A stretch of DNA of 64,000 nucleotides from Propionicicella sp. (GCA_039811865.1 JBDHZK010000001.1:21323-85322); one strand, 5' to 3'. Counted from the stretch's first letter, positions 35,001 to 42,766 are shown. The notes: generated by a model from the sequence alone, not told the origin. Numbers and translations are program-made.

Positions 35001-36167
35001 CGCGACCTGCTGCTCTCGCTGGCCGACATGATCCGCCTTGATCGGGTCGACGCGAGGATGCATGGCCGGGCTCGAGGACTACGCCTGGCAGCGAGCGTCG
35101 AACCGGACGGCCTGGAGAGGTCCGATCCGCGCGACGCCGCCAGACGGCAGTCCGCGCGAGCCGCGCAAGCGCGACCCCAGGAGGTGCAACTACCCCTTGA
35201 TCTTTGGGGTTCGACCGATCCGCTCCAACCGGCGATCGGGGTCGAGCCCGAGCTGAGCGCAGGTGTCACGCTTTCGACAACTCTGAGAACCGAAGGGTCC
35301 GGACGCGGTTCGCTCAACGATCGGGTCTGGCGGTTCGACCCCATGGACAGCCACGTCGGCGAGGATGACTCGTGCCTCGACGCGGCGCCGGCCCGGCTGG
35401 CTACCGCCGACGTCGTTCCCACCGGCCTTCCGGAGATGACCGACGACGAGCGTTTGGGCCAGGAGCTGGCGATCCTCGGATTGGACGCCAGCCGGCACCT
35501 GATGCACGGCTATTTGCCGTTCCTTGAAGCCATCGGGGTGACCTTCTCGGCAGACTTGCTGGCTCGGCGTAGCCGCAGTGACCTCCTGGTGGCCGGTGTG
35601 AAGGTGGCCACCCAGACCCCGCCGGTGCGTTCGGGGCGGCGAGTGGTCTTTCTTACTCTGGACGACACCACCGGGCCGGTGGACGCCACCTTCTTCGAAG
35701 ACGCTCAAGGGCCTTACGCGGCTACTGTCTTCGAGTCCTGGACGATGGTTGTTCGCGGAGAACTGCGTCGCACCGGCCCCCGAGGGGTGTCGTTGCGGGC
35801 GACCGGCTGCTGGGATCTGGACCATCTACATGGCATCTGGCTTCGCGAACTGGACGAGTCCGGCGACTTGGCGGCGGCTGTCCAAGCGGTGCACGAGGTG
35901 ATGACGATCGTCCCGGACGGCTTCGGGATGGTCGGCGAGGAAATCGCTGGCGATGCTGCCGAGGACGCTGCACAGCAACCCAGCCGAGGTGAAGCGGCCG
36001 ACGCCCAGCAGCACACCCGGGCTGGGGGCATGGGACGCCGTCGGGTGCTGGTGCACGCGAGCGGCTTCAAGCAATCTCCATACGCCGACGTGAAGCCTGC
36101 GGGGACGTCCGCGGCGGACGCTCCGCGCAAGCTATGGCACTCCAGCCCAGGAAGTTCGGGGCGATGA
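32064..36167 (+). CDS. dnaE2: Error-prone C-family DNA polymerase (DnaE2/ImuC type), unusually long at 1367 aa
   Basis: PHP-like N-terminus (HLRVASGYSLQYG, TLALTDRDGLYGAVRF), catalytic PDIDLDV and KLDVLGIRM, an HhH region, an OB-fold region, and a C-terminal tail VLVHASGFKQSPYADVKPAG...KLWHSSPGSSG. Preceded by an SOS box. Confidence 0.85.
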   Translation: MSDPFVHLRVASGYSLQYGAAHPSALVAKAVAQDMDTLALTDRDGLYGAVRFAKACLATGVAPIVGVDFGIKHDHAELAQARVTSRTPVRGGAIRDVRLPRVVTLATSRRGWGSLCRLTSATHLAGRRGEPACSRELIAEHGADLVLLLGADSELGLALAAGLPELAEQVLAEWRSVLPDSQIVVAATNHQLPGTGPGSAGHAGRMIAFADAHRLTGVLTNNVRMAERSQAATIDVLDSARRLVPLDIRNVDRRNAEGYLKSGKEILPLLAQVSRLAGRSDEGERLIRDTRNLAVRARLDPRADIGLGEIHLPEFAVLDDSGRGGDAFALLRQRCEAGVVARYPGMPSPQVRDRLEAELDVVGGLGFASYFLTVADVVRMVGDLGIRCAARGSGAGSLINYLLGISGVDPIRYGLIMERFLSPLRQALPDIDLDVESARREEVYTAILDRFGGDRVACVAMLDTYRVRHAVRDVGAALSLPPAEIDAIAKSFPHIRAADAKAALRDLPELRRSGLGERRLDVLFSLVESLDGLPRHVALHPCGVLLSDTTLLDRTPVEASFAGFPMSQFDKDDVEDMGLLKLDVLGIRMQSAMAHALVEISRVEGKAVDIDSLSPFDDPLTYDLIGKAATLGCFQIESPGQRELIGKFGPSDFADIVIDISLFRPGPVKSDMVIPFLEARQGWRRPIYLHPDLEPALAETGGVVVFHEQIIQIVAIVTGCSLAQGDEARRALGDPQGQRDVKRWFFPAARARGYAEPVIERIWQVLESFASFGFCKAHAAAFALPTYQSAWLKTHYPAHFLSGVLTHDPGMYPKRLILEEARRLGIEILGLDVNASEDTYRVERLSPVKRLSDSVPEVVEGAHALAALPLEITAGTGAPPASAVLAPRTRRERRLRPGDGLPDGRGYGIRLALSDLLGINLTETARIVAGRPYHSLSDFWSRAQVSAPVAERLVLAGAFDSIYGITGAHPVRRREQVTRRDLLLSLADMIRLDRVDARMHGRARGLRLAASVEPDGLERSDPRDAARRQSARAAQARPQEVQLPLDLWGSTDPLQPAIGVEPELSAGVTLSTTLRTEGSGRGSLNDRVWRFDPMDSHVGEDDSCLDAAPARLATADVVPTGLPEMTDDERLGQELAILGLDASRHLMHGYLPFLEAIGVTFSADLLARRSRSDLLVAGVKVATQTPPVRSGRRVVFLTLDDTTGPVDATFFEDAQGPYAATVFESWTMVVRGELRRTGPRGVSLRATGCWDLDHLHGIWLRELDESGDLAAAVQAVHEVMTIVPDGFGMVGEEIAGDAAEDAAQQPSRGEAADAQQHTRAGGMGRRRVLVHASGFKQSPYADVKPAGTSAADAPRKLWHSSPGSSGR

Positions 36168-37387
36168 GTGCCACTTCGACCCCTTACCGGCATCGAGGGG
36201 CGAGCGGGCCAGAGCGGGTGATCATGCACGTCGACATGGACGCGTTCTACGCCTCGGTGGAGTTGAACCGGCGTCCCGAGTTGGTCGGTAAGCCGATGTA
36301 TGTGGGCGGCGCCGATCGAGGAGTGGTGCTGTCTGCGAACTACGAAGCGCGTGCCTTCGGCATCTCCGGCGGAATGCCGTCGGTGCGGGCGCGCAGACTC
36401 TGCCCGGACGCGGTAGCCGTGCCAGCCGATTTCGATGCCTACGCTGACGCGTCGGCCGGTGTATTCGAGATCTTCCGCACGGTGACCACGGTGGTCGAGG
36501 TGGCCTCGATCGATGAGGCCTTTTGCGACCTCACCGGCTCGATCAAGATGTTGGGGCCGCCGTCAACGATCGGAGAGCACGTACGCGCGATGGTTGCCGA
36601 TGAGCAGCGAATCACTTGCTCGGTCGGAATCGGACCGAACAAGTTCGTCGCCAAGCTTGCCTCGCAACAGGCCAAGCCGGACGGCTTGGTCGAGGTCCGC
36701 GCGGGGGAGGTGGTCAGCTTCCTGCACCCGCTGCCGGTCGAGGCGATCTGGGGCGTGGGGGACAGCACGGCGGCGAAACTGCATCGGCTGGGGCTGAAGA
36801 CCATCGCCGACCTTGCCTACGTGCCCAAGGGAACGCTCCAGCGGGCGTTCGGACCCGTGCAGGGCGGCCTGCTCTCCGATTTGGCGTGGGGACGAGACAG
36901 CCGCCGGGTCGTCGGACCCGATACCGAACGCAGCATCGGTACCCAGGAGACCTTCGCTCAGGACACCGACGATCCGCAGATCGTGAAGACCGAACTCCTG
37001 CGGGTCGCGAGCAGGACGGCATCGAGACTGCGACAGGCGGGAATGCTGGGCAAGACCGTCGTCCTGAACCTGCGCTTCGCCGACTTCACCACGTTGACGC
37101 GGTCGGTGACCGCGCGCAGCCCCACGGATGTCACAGGGGAGATCTACGCCCTGGCGATCGGCCTGTACGACAAGCTCGCCCTCCAGCGGGCCAGGGTCCG
37201 CCGCGTTGGGGTTCGGGTCGAGGGGCTGGTCGAACGGGAGTTCGCCTATACCCAGCCCATGCTGGGAGATCCCGATCGCGGCTGGCGAGAGGCCGAGCAG
37301 GCCGCGGATGCGGCCATCGTCAGATTCGGTCCAAGGGCGGTCCAGCGAGCTGCTCTGACCAGAAGTGCGTCTTGGCCAGGCCGTTAG
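36164..37387 (+). CDS. dinB: Y-family DNA polymerase IV
   Basis: Start at ATG 36164 (ATGA overlap with the dnaE2 stop). HVDMDAFYASVE, VLSANYEARAFG and SIDEAFCDLTG catalytic motifs are intact. No obvious C-terminal QLxLF clamp motif. Confidence 0.9.
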   Translation: MSATSTPYRHRGASGPERVIMHVDMDAFYASVELNRRPELVGKPMYVGGADRGVVLSANYEARAFGISGGMPSVRARRLCPDAVAVPADFDAYADASAGVFEIFRTVTTVVEVASIDEAFCDLTGSIKMLGPPSTIGEHVRAMVADEQRITCSVGIGPNKFVAKLASQQAKPDGLVEVRAGEVVSFLHPLPVEAIWGVGDSTAAKLHRLGLKTIADLAYVPKGTLQRAFGPVQGGLLSDLAWGRDSRRVVGPDTERSIGTQETFAQDTDDPQIVKTELLRVASRTASRLRQAGMLGKTVVLNLRFADFTTLTRSVTARSPTDVTGEIYALAIGLYDKLALQRARVRRVGVRVEGLVEREFAYTQPMLGDPDRGWREAEQAADAAIVRFGPRAVQRAALTRSASWPGR

Positions 37388-37502
37388 CTGTTGATTTGAC
37401 CGGCATATGCGGGGCAGACCAACAGCAAACTGACTCCCGGTGGTGGGGGTGGGAGCGGATCGACCCAAACTCAACGAACGCGACCGGGAAACGACAAACG
37501 AA

Positions 37503-37528
37503 AGCGCGGTGGCCAAAACCACCGCGCT
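37503..37528 (-). terminator. Intrinsic terminator downstream of the DUF3040 gene (may also stop dinB readthrough)
   Basis: AGCGCGGTGG-ccaaaa-CCACCGCGCT, a 10-bp stem. On the minus strand it is followed by TTTCGTTTGTCGTTTCC. Confidence 0.6.
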
Positions 37529-37543
37529 CCTTCGAGGATCGCT

Positions 37544-37921
37544 TCACATGCCGTCGTCCTGCCGGCGGCGCCAGCGCTCCTCCATCCGGTCCATGAACCT
37601 GGAATCGGTCGAACCCGCCCGCTGCCGGTTGGGCGCGCTCTTGGGCGGTGCGTCGCCGACGTGCTGCCACGAGGTCAGCGCGATCACGGTAGACGCGAGC
37701 ATGATCACGAAGCCGATCACCGATACCACGGGGTGCCATTGCATGCCTGCGATCAGGCCAGCCAGGCCCACCAGGAAGCCGAACCCGGCGATCGCCGCAC
37801 GGCGCCGATGCAGGCGACGGTAGGTGGTTCCACGCAGCGTGCTAGCGAGCTTCGGATCCTCGGCAGCCAGAGCGGCTTCGAGTTGATCAAGTAGCCGCTG
37901 TTCGTTCTCCGAGAGGGCCAT
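37544..37921 (-). CDS. DUF3040-family small membrane protein
   Basis: 125 aa. MALSENEQRLLDQLEAALAAEDPKLASTL, then two TM helices. GGGAGG RBS 5 nt before ATG 37921. The 578-aa ORF-track reading upstream of it is an out-of-frame artefact over the transglutaminase gene. Confidence 0.75.
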   Translation of the reverse strand: MALSENEQRLLDQLEAALAAEDPKLASTLRGTTYRRLHRRRAAIAGFGFLVGLAGLIAGMQWHPVVSVIGFVIMLASTVIALTSWQHVGDAPPKSAPNRQRAGSTDSRFMDRMEERWRRRQDDGM

Positions 37922-38088
37922 CGTCGCCTCCCTAGGTGAGTGGGCCACCCCGCCGAGGCCGTTGGCTTCAGCCGGAAATCGATCGTCGTTTGAGTCGATC
38001 TGCTCCCAGTCTAGGTGCGCACAGCGTCCAATGAAACCCGTTGTCGGATGCTTTGACATCGACCCGCCGAGCAAGCGCCGACGTTCGT

Positions 38089-40266
38089 TCACGCGCCGCG
38101 GCGACCGCGACCGGTCCACACCGATGGCGGCCACACCAGCCCGCGCAGCCTGCTGCTCCACCCGCGCGAATCCCTCAGCCCCCTGGTCAACCCGATGACC
38201 AAACCCCCAAGTGGGGGGACGGTTTCCGGCAGGCTCGCGGCGTATCGGGAGCGTTCGACCAAGCCGGCGAGCTCGCGCAGCGCTGCCTCGTTCCCGATTC
38301 GCCCACCCAAGGATTCGGCGACCTGGCGTGGGGAACCCTTCGGCCATTCCTGTCCGATGTCGATGACGCTGTCGCGCAGTTCCGCCCAAGCGTTCTCGAT
38401 TCGCTCGGCCGGATCCGAGTGGGCGCCGAGTCTGCGCCGGCGCCTGAGCCGACGAATGGCCATCGGGGAGGCAACTGCGAGCACCGCCACGAAGCCGCCG
38501 ACGAGGCCGAGAACGGCCGGTGTGTAGTCGGTCTGCTGCGCCGTCCCCCCGCCCCCGGGGTCCGGGCGCTCGCGCTCGGACCGGGTGGGGGCCACCGTTT
38601 CCGGGCCGGCCGAGGACGTCGCCGTGGTCCGGGCGGACGCTGTTGGCCGCTGTTCGGGCAGTGACCACGGCGGCGGCTGCCCGGTGACCGAAGCGGGCGT
38701 GGGCTCGAAGCGGACCCAGCCGAGTTGGTCGAAGAACAACTCCGGCCAAGAATGCATGTTGCGGCTGGAAACCTCGTAGTGATCGCCGGTCGATCGGCCC
38801 GGAAGGAACCCGATCGCGACCCGAGCGGGAATCCCCTCGATGCGCGCCAAGATCGCCATGGCGGCGGCGAACTGCTCGCAGTACCCCGTCCGATCGAGTG
38901 TCAGGAAGTTCACCAATGCCTGATAGCCGCTGCCGGGCTGCGCGGCCAGACTGTAGGTGAACCGCGACGAGCGCAGGTAGGCCTGGATGGCCGCGGCCCT
39001 CGCGGCGGGTGACGAGGCGCCCCGAGTGATCGTGTCGGCCAGTTGGCGGACCGAATCCGGAAGGTCCTCGGGGACCTGAGTAGTCAGGTCGGCATCGGTG
39101 GGGACGCCCACCCGCGCTCGGCGCAGGGCGTCGGCTTCCGGCTCGACGTCCCAGCTGGTCACGTGATAACTCAGTCCGTTGGTCTGCGGCTGTCTGCCCA
39201 CCAGGTCGAGCGAGTTCGCATCGACGCCCCAGGAGCCGTCCGCCCGGACGGCTCGCGGGGCATACGGAACCGGCAGCCACTGGCTGCTGAATCCGGAGAT
39301 ATTCACATCGGTCTCGCGCACCGTTCGCAGCCCGTCGGCGAGCCCCGGTACGGCCGGCAAGTCCCCGAACACGACCCGAATGGGGGCCAGTTGCCAGCCG
39401 TTTCGATCGAACTTCGGCAGGGTTGCCAACCTCAGATACGAACCGCCCGGCTGGTTGGACCGGTAGGTCAGCACGACGCGATCATCCGGGAGCCGCAGGT
39501 TTCGACGTAGGTCCAGCGAGGGGTCGGTCATCTGCAGCGGACCAAGGTTCCCAAAGCCCCCAGAAGACCAGACCATCGGCGACAGCGGCGGTACCAGTAG
39601 TCCCAGGACGAGCGCCGCGGCCAGGGCCGGAACGCCCACCGCCGCCCCCGAGGTCCAGATCATGCGGCTCGGCCACGAACCCTCCGCGGAGTCGGACTCC
39701 AGCCGGGTCGGCCAGGAGCGGTTCGCCACCAAACCGGAGACCAGCAACATCACCAGGCAAGCAAGCGCGACCGGCAAGAAATCTCGCAGCGTCAGGTCGC
39801 CTCGCACGGCGATCGCCGGCACCAGGTAGGGAACCAGCAGCGCGGGAAACGTCCAAACCGGACGCTGAAGCACCACGCCCCAGGCTTCGACCACCACCGC
39901 CACCAGCGCGACGAGCGCCACCAGCAGGAGCCGCACGGCCGGGTCGGGGGCCAGGGGTGCCGTCTCGTGCTCGATCCGTTCGGCCGATTGGGTGGCAACC
40001 CAAAGCAGCTTCTGAGGCCAATCGGATGGCCCCACCGGCATCGCTTGCCAAGCCCACGCCCCGGCCAGCCCCGCCCCCTGGAAGATCACCCGTAGCCAGC
40101 CCGGGAACCGCAGCCGTCGGGCCAGCGCGCCGACCGCGTAGACAACCGCCGCCAGGCCGACTCCCGGCCAGTAGTAACCGTCGTCCTGGGTGATCGGCGA
40201 CAGCGAAAGCGCCGCCAACGCAACCGCCACCAACGCCGCCAGGCCGAGCCTTTCGGTGGCGGTCAC
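38089..40266 (-). CDS. Transglutaminase-like membrane protein (TgpA-like)
   Basis: N-terminal polytopic membrane domain, a transglutaminase core (TGYCEQFAAAMAILARIEGIPARVAIGF, SRNMHSWPELFF, WVRFEPT), and a C-terminal TM. GTGA overlap with the DUF58 stop. Confidence 0.8.
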   Translation of the reverse strand: MTATERLGLAALVAVALAALSLSPITQDDGYYWPGVGLAAVVYAVGALARRLRFPGWLRVIFQGAGLAGAWAWQAMPVGPSDWPQKLLWVATQSAERIEHETAPLAPDPAVRLLLVALVALVAVVVEAWGVVLQRPVWTFPALLVPYLVPAIAVRGDLTLRDFLPVALACLVMLLVSGLVANRSWPTRLESDSAEGSWPSRMIWTSGAAVGVPALAAALVLGLLVPPLSPMVWSSGGFGNLGPLQMTDPSLDLRRNLRLPDDRVVLTYRSNQPGGSYLRLATLPKFDRNGWQLAPIRVVFGDLPAVPGLADGLRTVRETDVNISGFSSQWLPVPYAPRAVRADGSWGVDANSLDLVGRQPQTNGLSYHVTSWDVEPEADALRRARVGVPTDADLTTQVPEDLPDSVRQLADTITRGASSPAARAAAIQAYLRSSRFTYSLAAQPGSGYQALVNFLTLDRTGYCEQFAAAMAILARIEGIPARVAIGFLPGRSTGDHYEVSSRNMHSWPELFFDQLGWVRFEPTPASVTGQPPPWSLPEQRPTASARTTATSSAGPETVAPTRSERERPDPGGGGTAQQTDYTPAVLGLVGGFVAVLAVASPMAIRRLRRRRRLGAHSDPAERIENAWAELRDSVIDIGQEWPKGSPRQVAESLGGRIGNEAALRELAGLVERSRYAASLPETVPPLGGLVIGLTRGLRDSRGWSSRLRGLVWPPSVWTGRGRRGA

Positions 40267-41528
40267 GACCGGCCCTCCCCGAGGCGCTCAAGCTCGGCCC
40301 AGACAGATGCAATCGACTGCCCCCGAGACGCTTTGACGACCCGCCAACGCGCCTCTCGCAGCACCACCGCCGCGGCGGGGCCTGCGTCCCCGTCGCTCTC
40401 GCGCGGGTCTTGGGCCGCAGCGAAGGTGTTCCCGTCGAGGCTCACCGCCAGACACCGACCCTGTTGGCGCCCAGCCATGACCAGTTCTGCGGCATCCGCG
40501 CCGTCGAAGTGGCCGAGGACGGCGATCAGCAAGGGTCCCTGGGCGGCGTGCAACAGTTCCTCGACCGGGCGCGCCAAGGTGCGGCGTCCCTCCAGCTTCA
40601 CGTGGGTGAGCCGCGTGAGGGCGTCTTGGGCGCTTTCCAGCCGGCGGGGACGACCGTCGGCGAACCCGATCGGACCGCTGGCGTCCAGCAGTTCGACGGC
40701 GAAGCCCGCCGAAAGGAAGTGCACGGCGATCGAGGCCGCGGCGCTGACCGCCCACTCGAACGACGAGGCCGGCCCAGTGCCGACATGCGCGCGCTCTCGC
40801 GAGTCGAGCAAGATCACCACTGCCGGGTCCCAGGCCTGCTCCTCGCGGCGAACCATCATCCTGCGGGTGCGCGCCGTCGATCGCCAGTGAATGCGCCGCA
40901 CGTCGTCCCCGGTCCGGTATTCGCGCACCAGGACGTCGTCGGCGCCCAGGAGTCCCGATCGCTGGGAGGTGGCGGACCCGGAGATGCCCGCGCCGTGGGC
41001 GGTGCTCATCGAGCCGAGGGGCTCCACCACGGGAGTGACCAGTACCGGAGTGCGAGCGGTGAACTGCCGATCCACCCGGACCATGCCGAACGGATCCGAG
41101 GCTCGGACCAGCAGCGGCCCGGTTTCGAACAGGCCGCGGGAGGTACCGCGCATTCGGTAGCTGATCGCACGCTTCCAAGCGCCGGCGCCGCGGTGAACCA
41201 GGAACCGGACGGGACGGCCCAACTGGCCGGGCACCGAGTCCTCGAACTGCAGCAGACCGGTCGGCAGGCCACCCTGCTTGACCAGGCCGATGCGGCCGAG
41301 CGTCTCGTGACCCAAGGCGATCTGCGGCGGATCCGCGGCTCTGTCGCAGCCCAGGCGCAGCCGTGACCGGCCGACGACGATCAATGCCGAGATCGGCAGC
41401 GCAATCAGCAGCAGCCCGATCCAGACAAGGTCGCGTTCGCCCAACACCCAGGTGATCCCGACGACGACCAGCCCGGTGACGAGGAATCCTCGTCCCCTCG
41501 TAGTCAGCCACGACCACGCCTTGCCCAT
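40263..41528 (-). CDS. DUF58 (vWA-like) domain protein
   Basis: Two N-terminal TM helices and the DUF58 signature VREYRTGDDVRRIHWRSTAR. Starts 3 nt after the MoxR stop. Confidence 0.75.
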   Translation of the reverse strand: MGKAWSWLTTRGRGFLVTGLVVVGITWVLGERDLVWIGLLLIALPISALIVVGRSRLRLGCDRAADPPQIALGHETLGRIGLVKQGGLPTGLLQFEDSVPGQLGRPVRFLVHRGAGAWKRAISYRMRGTSRGLFETGPLLVRASDPFGMVRVDRQFTARTPVLVTPVVEPLGSMSTAHGAGISGSATSQRSGLLGADDVLVREYRTGDDVRRIHWRSTARTRRMMVRREEQAWDPAVVILLDSRERAHVGTGPASSFEWAVSAAASIAVHFLSAGFAVELLDASGPIGFADGRPRRLESAQDALTRLTHVKLEGRRTLARPVEELLHAAQGPLLIAVLGHFDGADAAELVMAGRQQGRCLAVSLDGNTFAAAQDPRESDGDAGPAAAVVLREARWRVVKASRGQSIASVWAELERLGEGRS

Positions 41529-41531
41529 GGC

Positions 41532-42500
41532 TCAGCGCCGGTCCGGAATGGGCACCGCCCGGACGATCTGGCTGACGATCTCGCGCATGTGCTTGCGGGC
41601 CACCTGCGCCTCGCTCGAGGGGAGCATCCGGTGAGCCAGCACAGGGTAGGCCAGTTCGTCCACGTCATCGGGAATGACGTAGTCGCGGCCCGCCAAGGCG
41701 GCCTTTGCCCGGACGGCGCGGAGCAGTTGCAGCGTCGCCCGAGGCGAAGCACCGAGCCGCAAGTCACGGGCGTTGCGGGTGGCGGCCACAACGCTGGCCA
41801 GGTACACCTTGAGCGAAGCGGAGCAGTGGATCGAACGGATCGCGACCGCCAGGCGCACCACAGCGGCCGCATCGGTGACCGGCTGCAGCCTCTCCAACGG
41901 GTTGCTCGAGCCGTGGTTCTCCATCATGTCGAGCTCGGCCGCCAAGGTCGGATAGCCCATCTCCAGCCGCGCCATGAACCGGTCGCGTTGGGACTCCGGC
42001 AGGGGATAGGTCCCCTCCATCTCGATCGGGTTCTGCGTTGCCACCACCATGAAGGGGGCGTCGAGGACGTGCGTGGTGCCGTCGACGCTGACCTGGCCCT
42101 CCTCCATGGCCTCGAGCAGCGCCGACTGCGTCTTCGGGGACGCGCGATTGATCTCGTCCCCGACCACGATGTTGGCGAAGATTCCGCCCGGTTTGAACTC
42201 GAAGTCGGCCGTGTGCTGATTGAAGATCGAGACGCCCGTGATGTCGGCCGGAAGCAGGTCCGGGGTGAACTGGATCCTGCGCACCTGGCAATCGATGGAG
42301 CGTCCCAGCGCCTTGGCCAGCATGGTCTTCCCCACCCCGGGAACGTCCTCCAGCAGTAAGTGTCCCTGCGCCAACAGCACTGTCAGGGCGAGGTCGATCG
42401 CCGCGGCCTTGCCCTCGATCACGCTGCCGATCGCGCTGCGGACACGCTCCACCACGGGCATCAACTCCCCCAGCGTGGCGGCATCCACTGAGTTCTCCAC
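41532..42500 (-). CDS. MoxR-family AAA+ ATPase
   Basis: Walker A EDVPGVGKT, Walker B/sensor DEINRASPKTQSALLEAMEE, NPIEMEGTYPLPESQRDRF. Start set at GTG 42500 (GAGGAGG 9 nt upstream) instead of ORF-track 42722. Confidence 0.85.
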   Translation of the reverse strand: MENSVDAATLGELMPVVERVRSAIGSVIEGKAAAIDLALTVLLAQGHLLLEDVPGVGKTMLAKALGRSIDCQVRRIQFTPDLLPADITGVSIFNQHTADFEFKPGGIFANIVVGDEINRASPKTQSALLEAMEEGQVSVDGTTHVLDAPFMVVATQNPIEMEGTYPLPESQRDRFMARLEMGYPTLAAELDMMENHGSSNPLERLQPVTDAAAVVRLAVAIRSIHCSASLKVYLASVVAATRNARDLRLGASPRATLQLLRAVRAKAALAGRDYVIPDDVDELAYPVLAHRMLPSSEAQVARKHMREIVSQIVRAVPIPDRR

Positions 42501-42653
42501 CTTGAGGGCCTCCTCGGGTCGGACGTGGGCAAAGCCTAACCCGGTCCCGTTCAGCCCCCAGATCGCTGGTTGGGGCCAGCCCGGACGCCATCGGTGAGCC
42601 GACCCGGACCGCTTCCGCCAGCCGACGGCGATTCGATCCAGCCGGCAGCCGGG

Positions 42654-42750
42654 GTGGAGAAACCGGGAGATCGAGGGAGCAGAATCCGGGGAAGTGGAGC
42701 GAAGTGGAGTAGAGTGGTGCACAGTGGAGAAACCGGGAGGCGTCGTGGAG
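42654..42750 (+). promoter_or_regulatory. Phased GTGGAG direct-repeat array upstream of mraZ (candidate MraZ operator / Pmra region)
   Basis: GTGGAG at 42654, 42694, 42704, 42724 and 42745, and GTGGTG at 42714. The four central boxes are exactly 10 bp apart. The exact 16-mer GTGGAGAAACCGGGAG occurs twice (42654, 42724). Confidence 0.55.
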
Positions 42751-42766
42751 CTGGGGGGTGGGTCTC

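Noticed and set aside
34585-35440. An intein or mobile insertion within dnaE2 to explain the extra length.
   Set aside because: No intein splicing blocks or homing-endonuclease motifs (for example LAGLIDADG, or C/S...HN termini) are present. The inserted segments are low-complexity and disordered-looking.
37230-37245. A near-consensus SOS box TCGAAC-ggga-GTTCGC (11/12 match) inside the 3' end of dinB.
   Set aside because: It is inside coding sequence with no downstream gene on that strand to regulate. One mismatch plus this location makes a chance occurrence likely.
37922-39280. The upstream extension of the 578-aa ORF 37544-39280.
   Set aside because: Only the last 125 aa (DUF3040, with its own GGGAGG RBS and ATG 37921) are credible. 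The remainder overlaps the transglutaminase gene out of frame.
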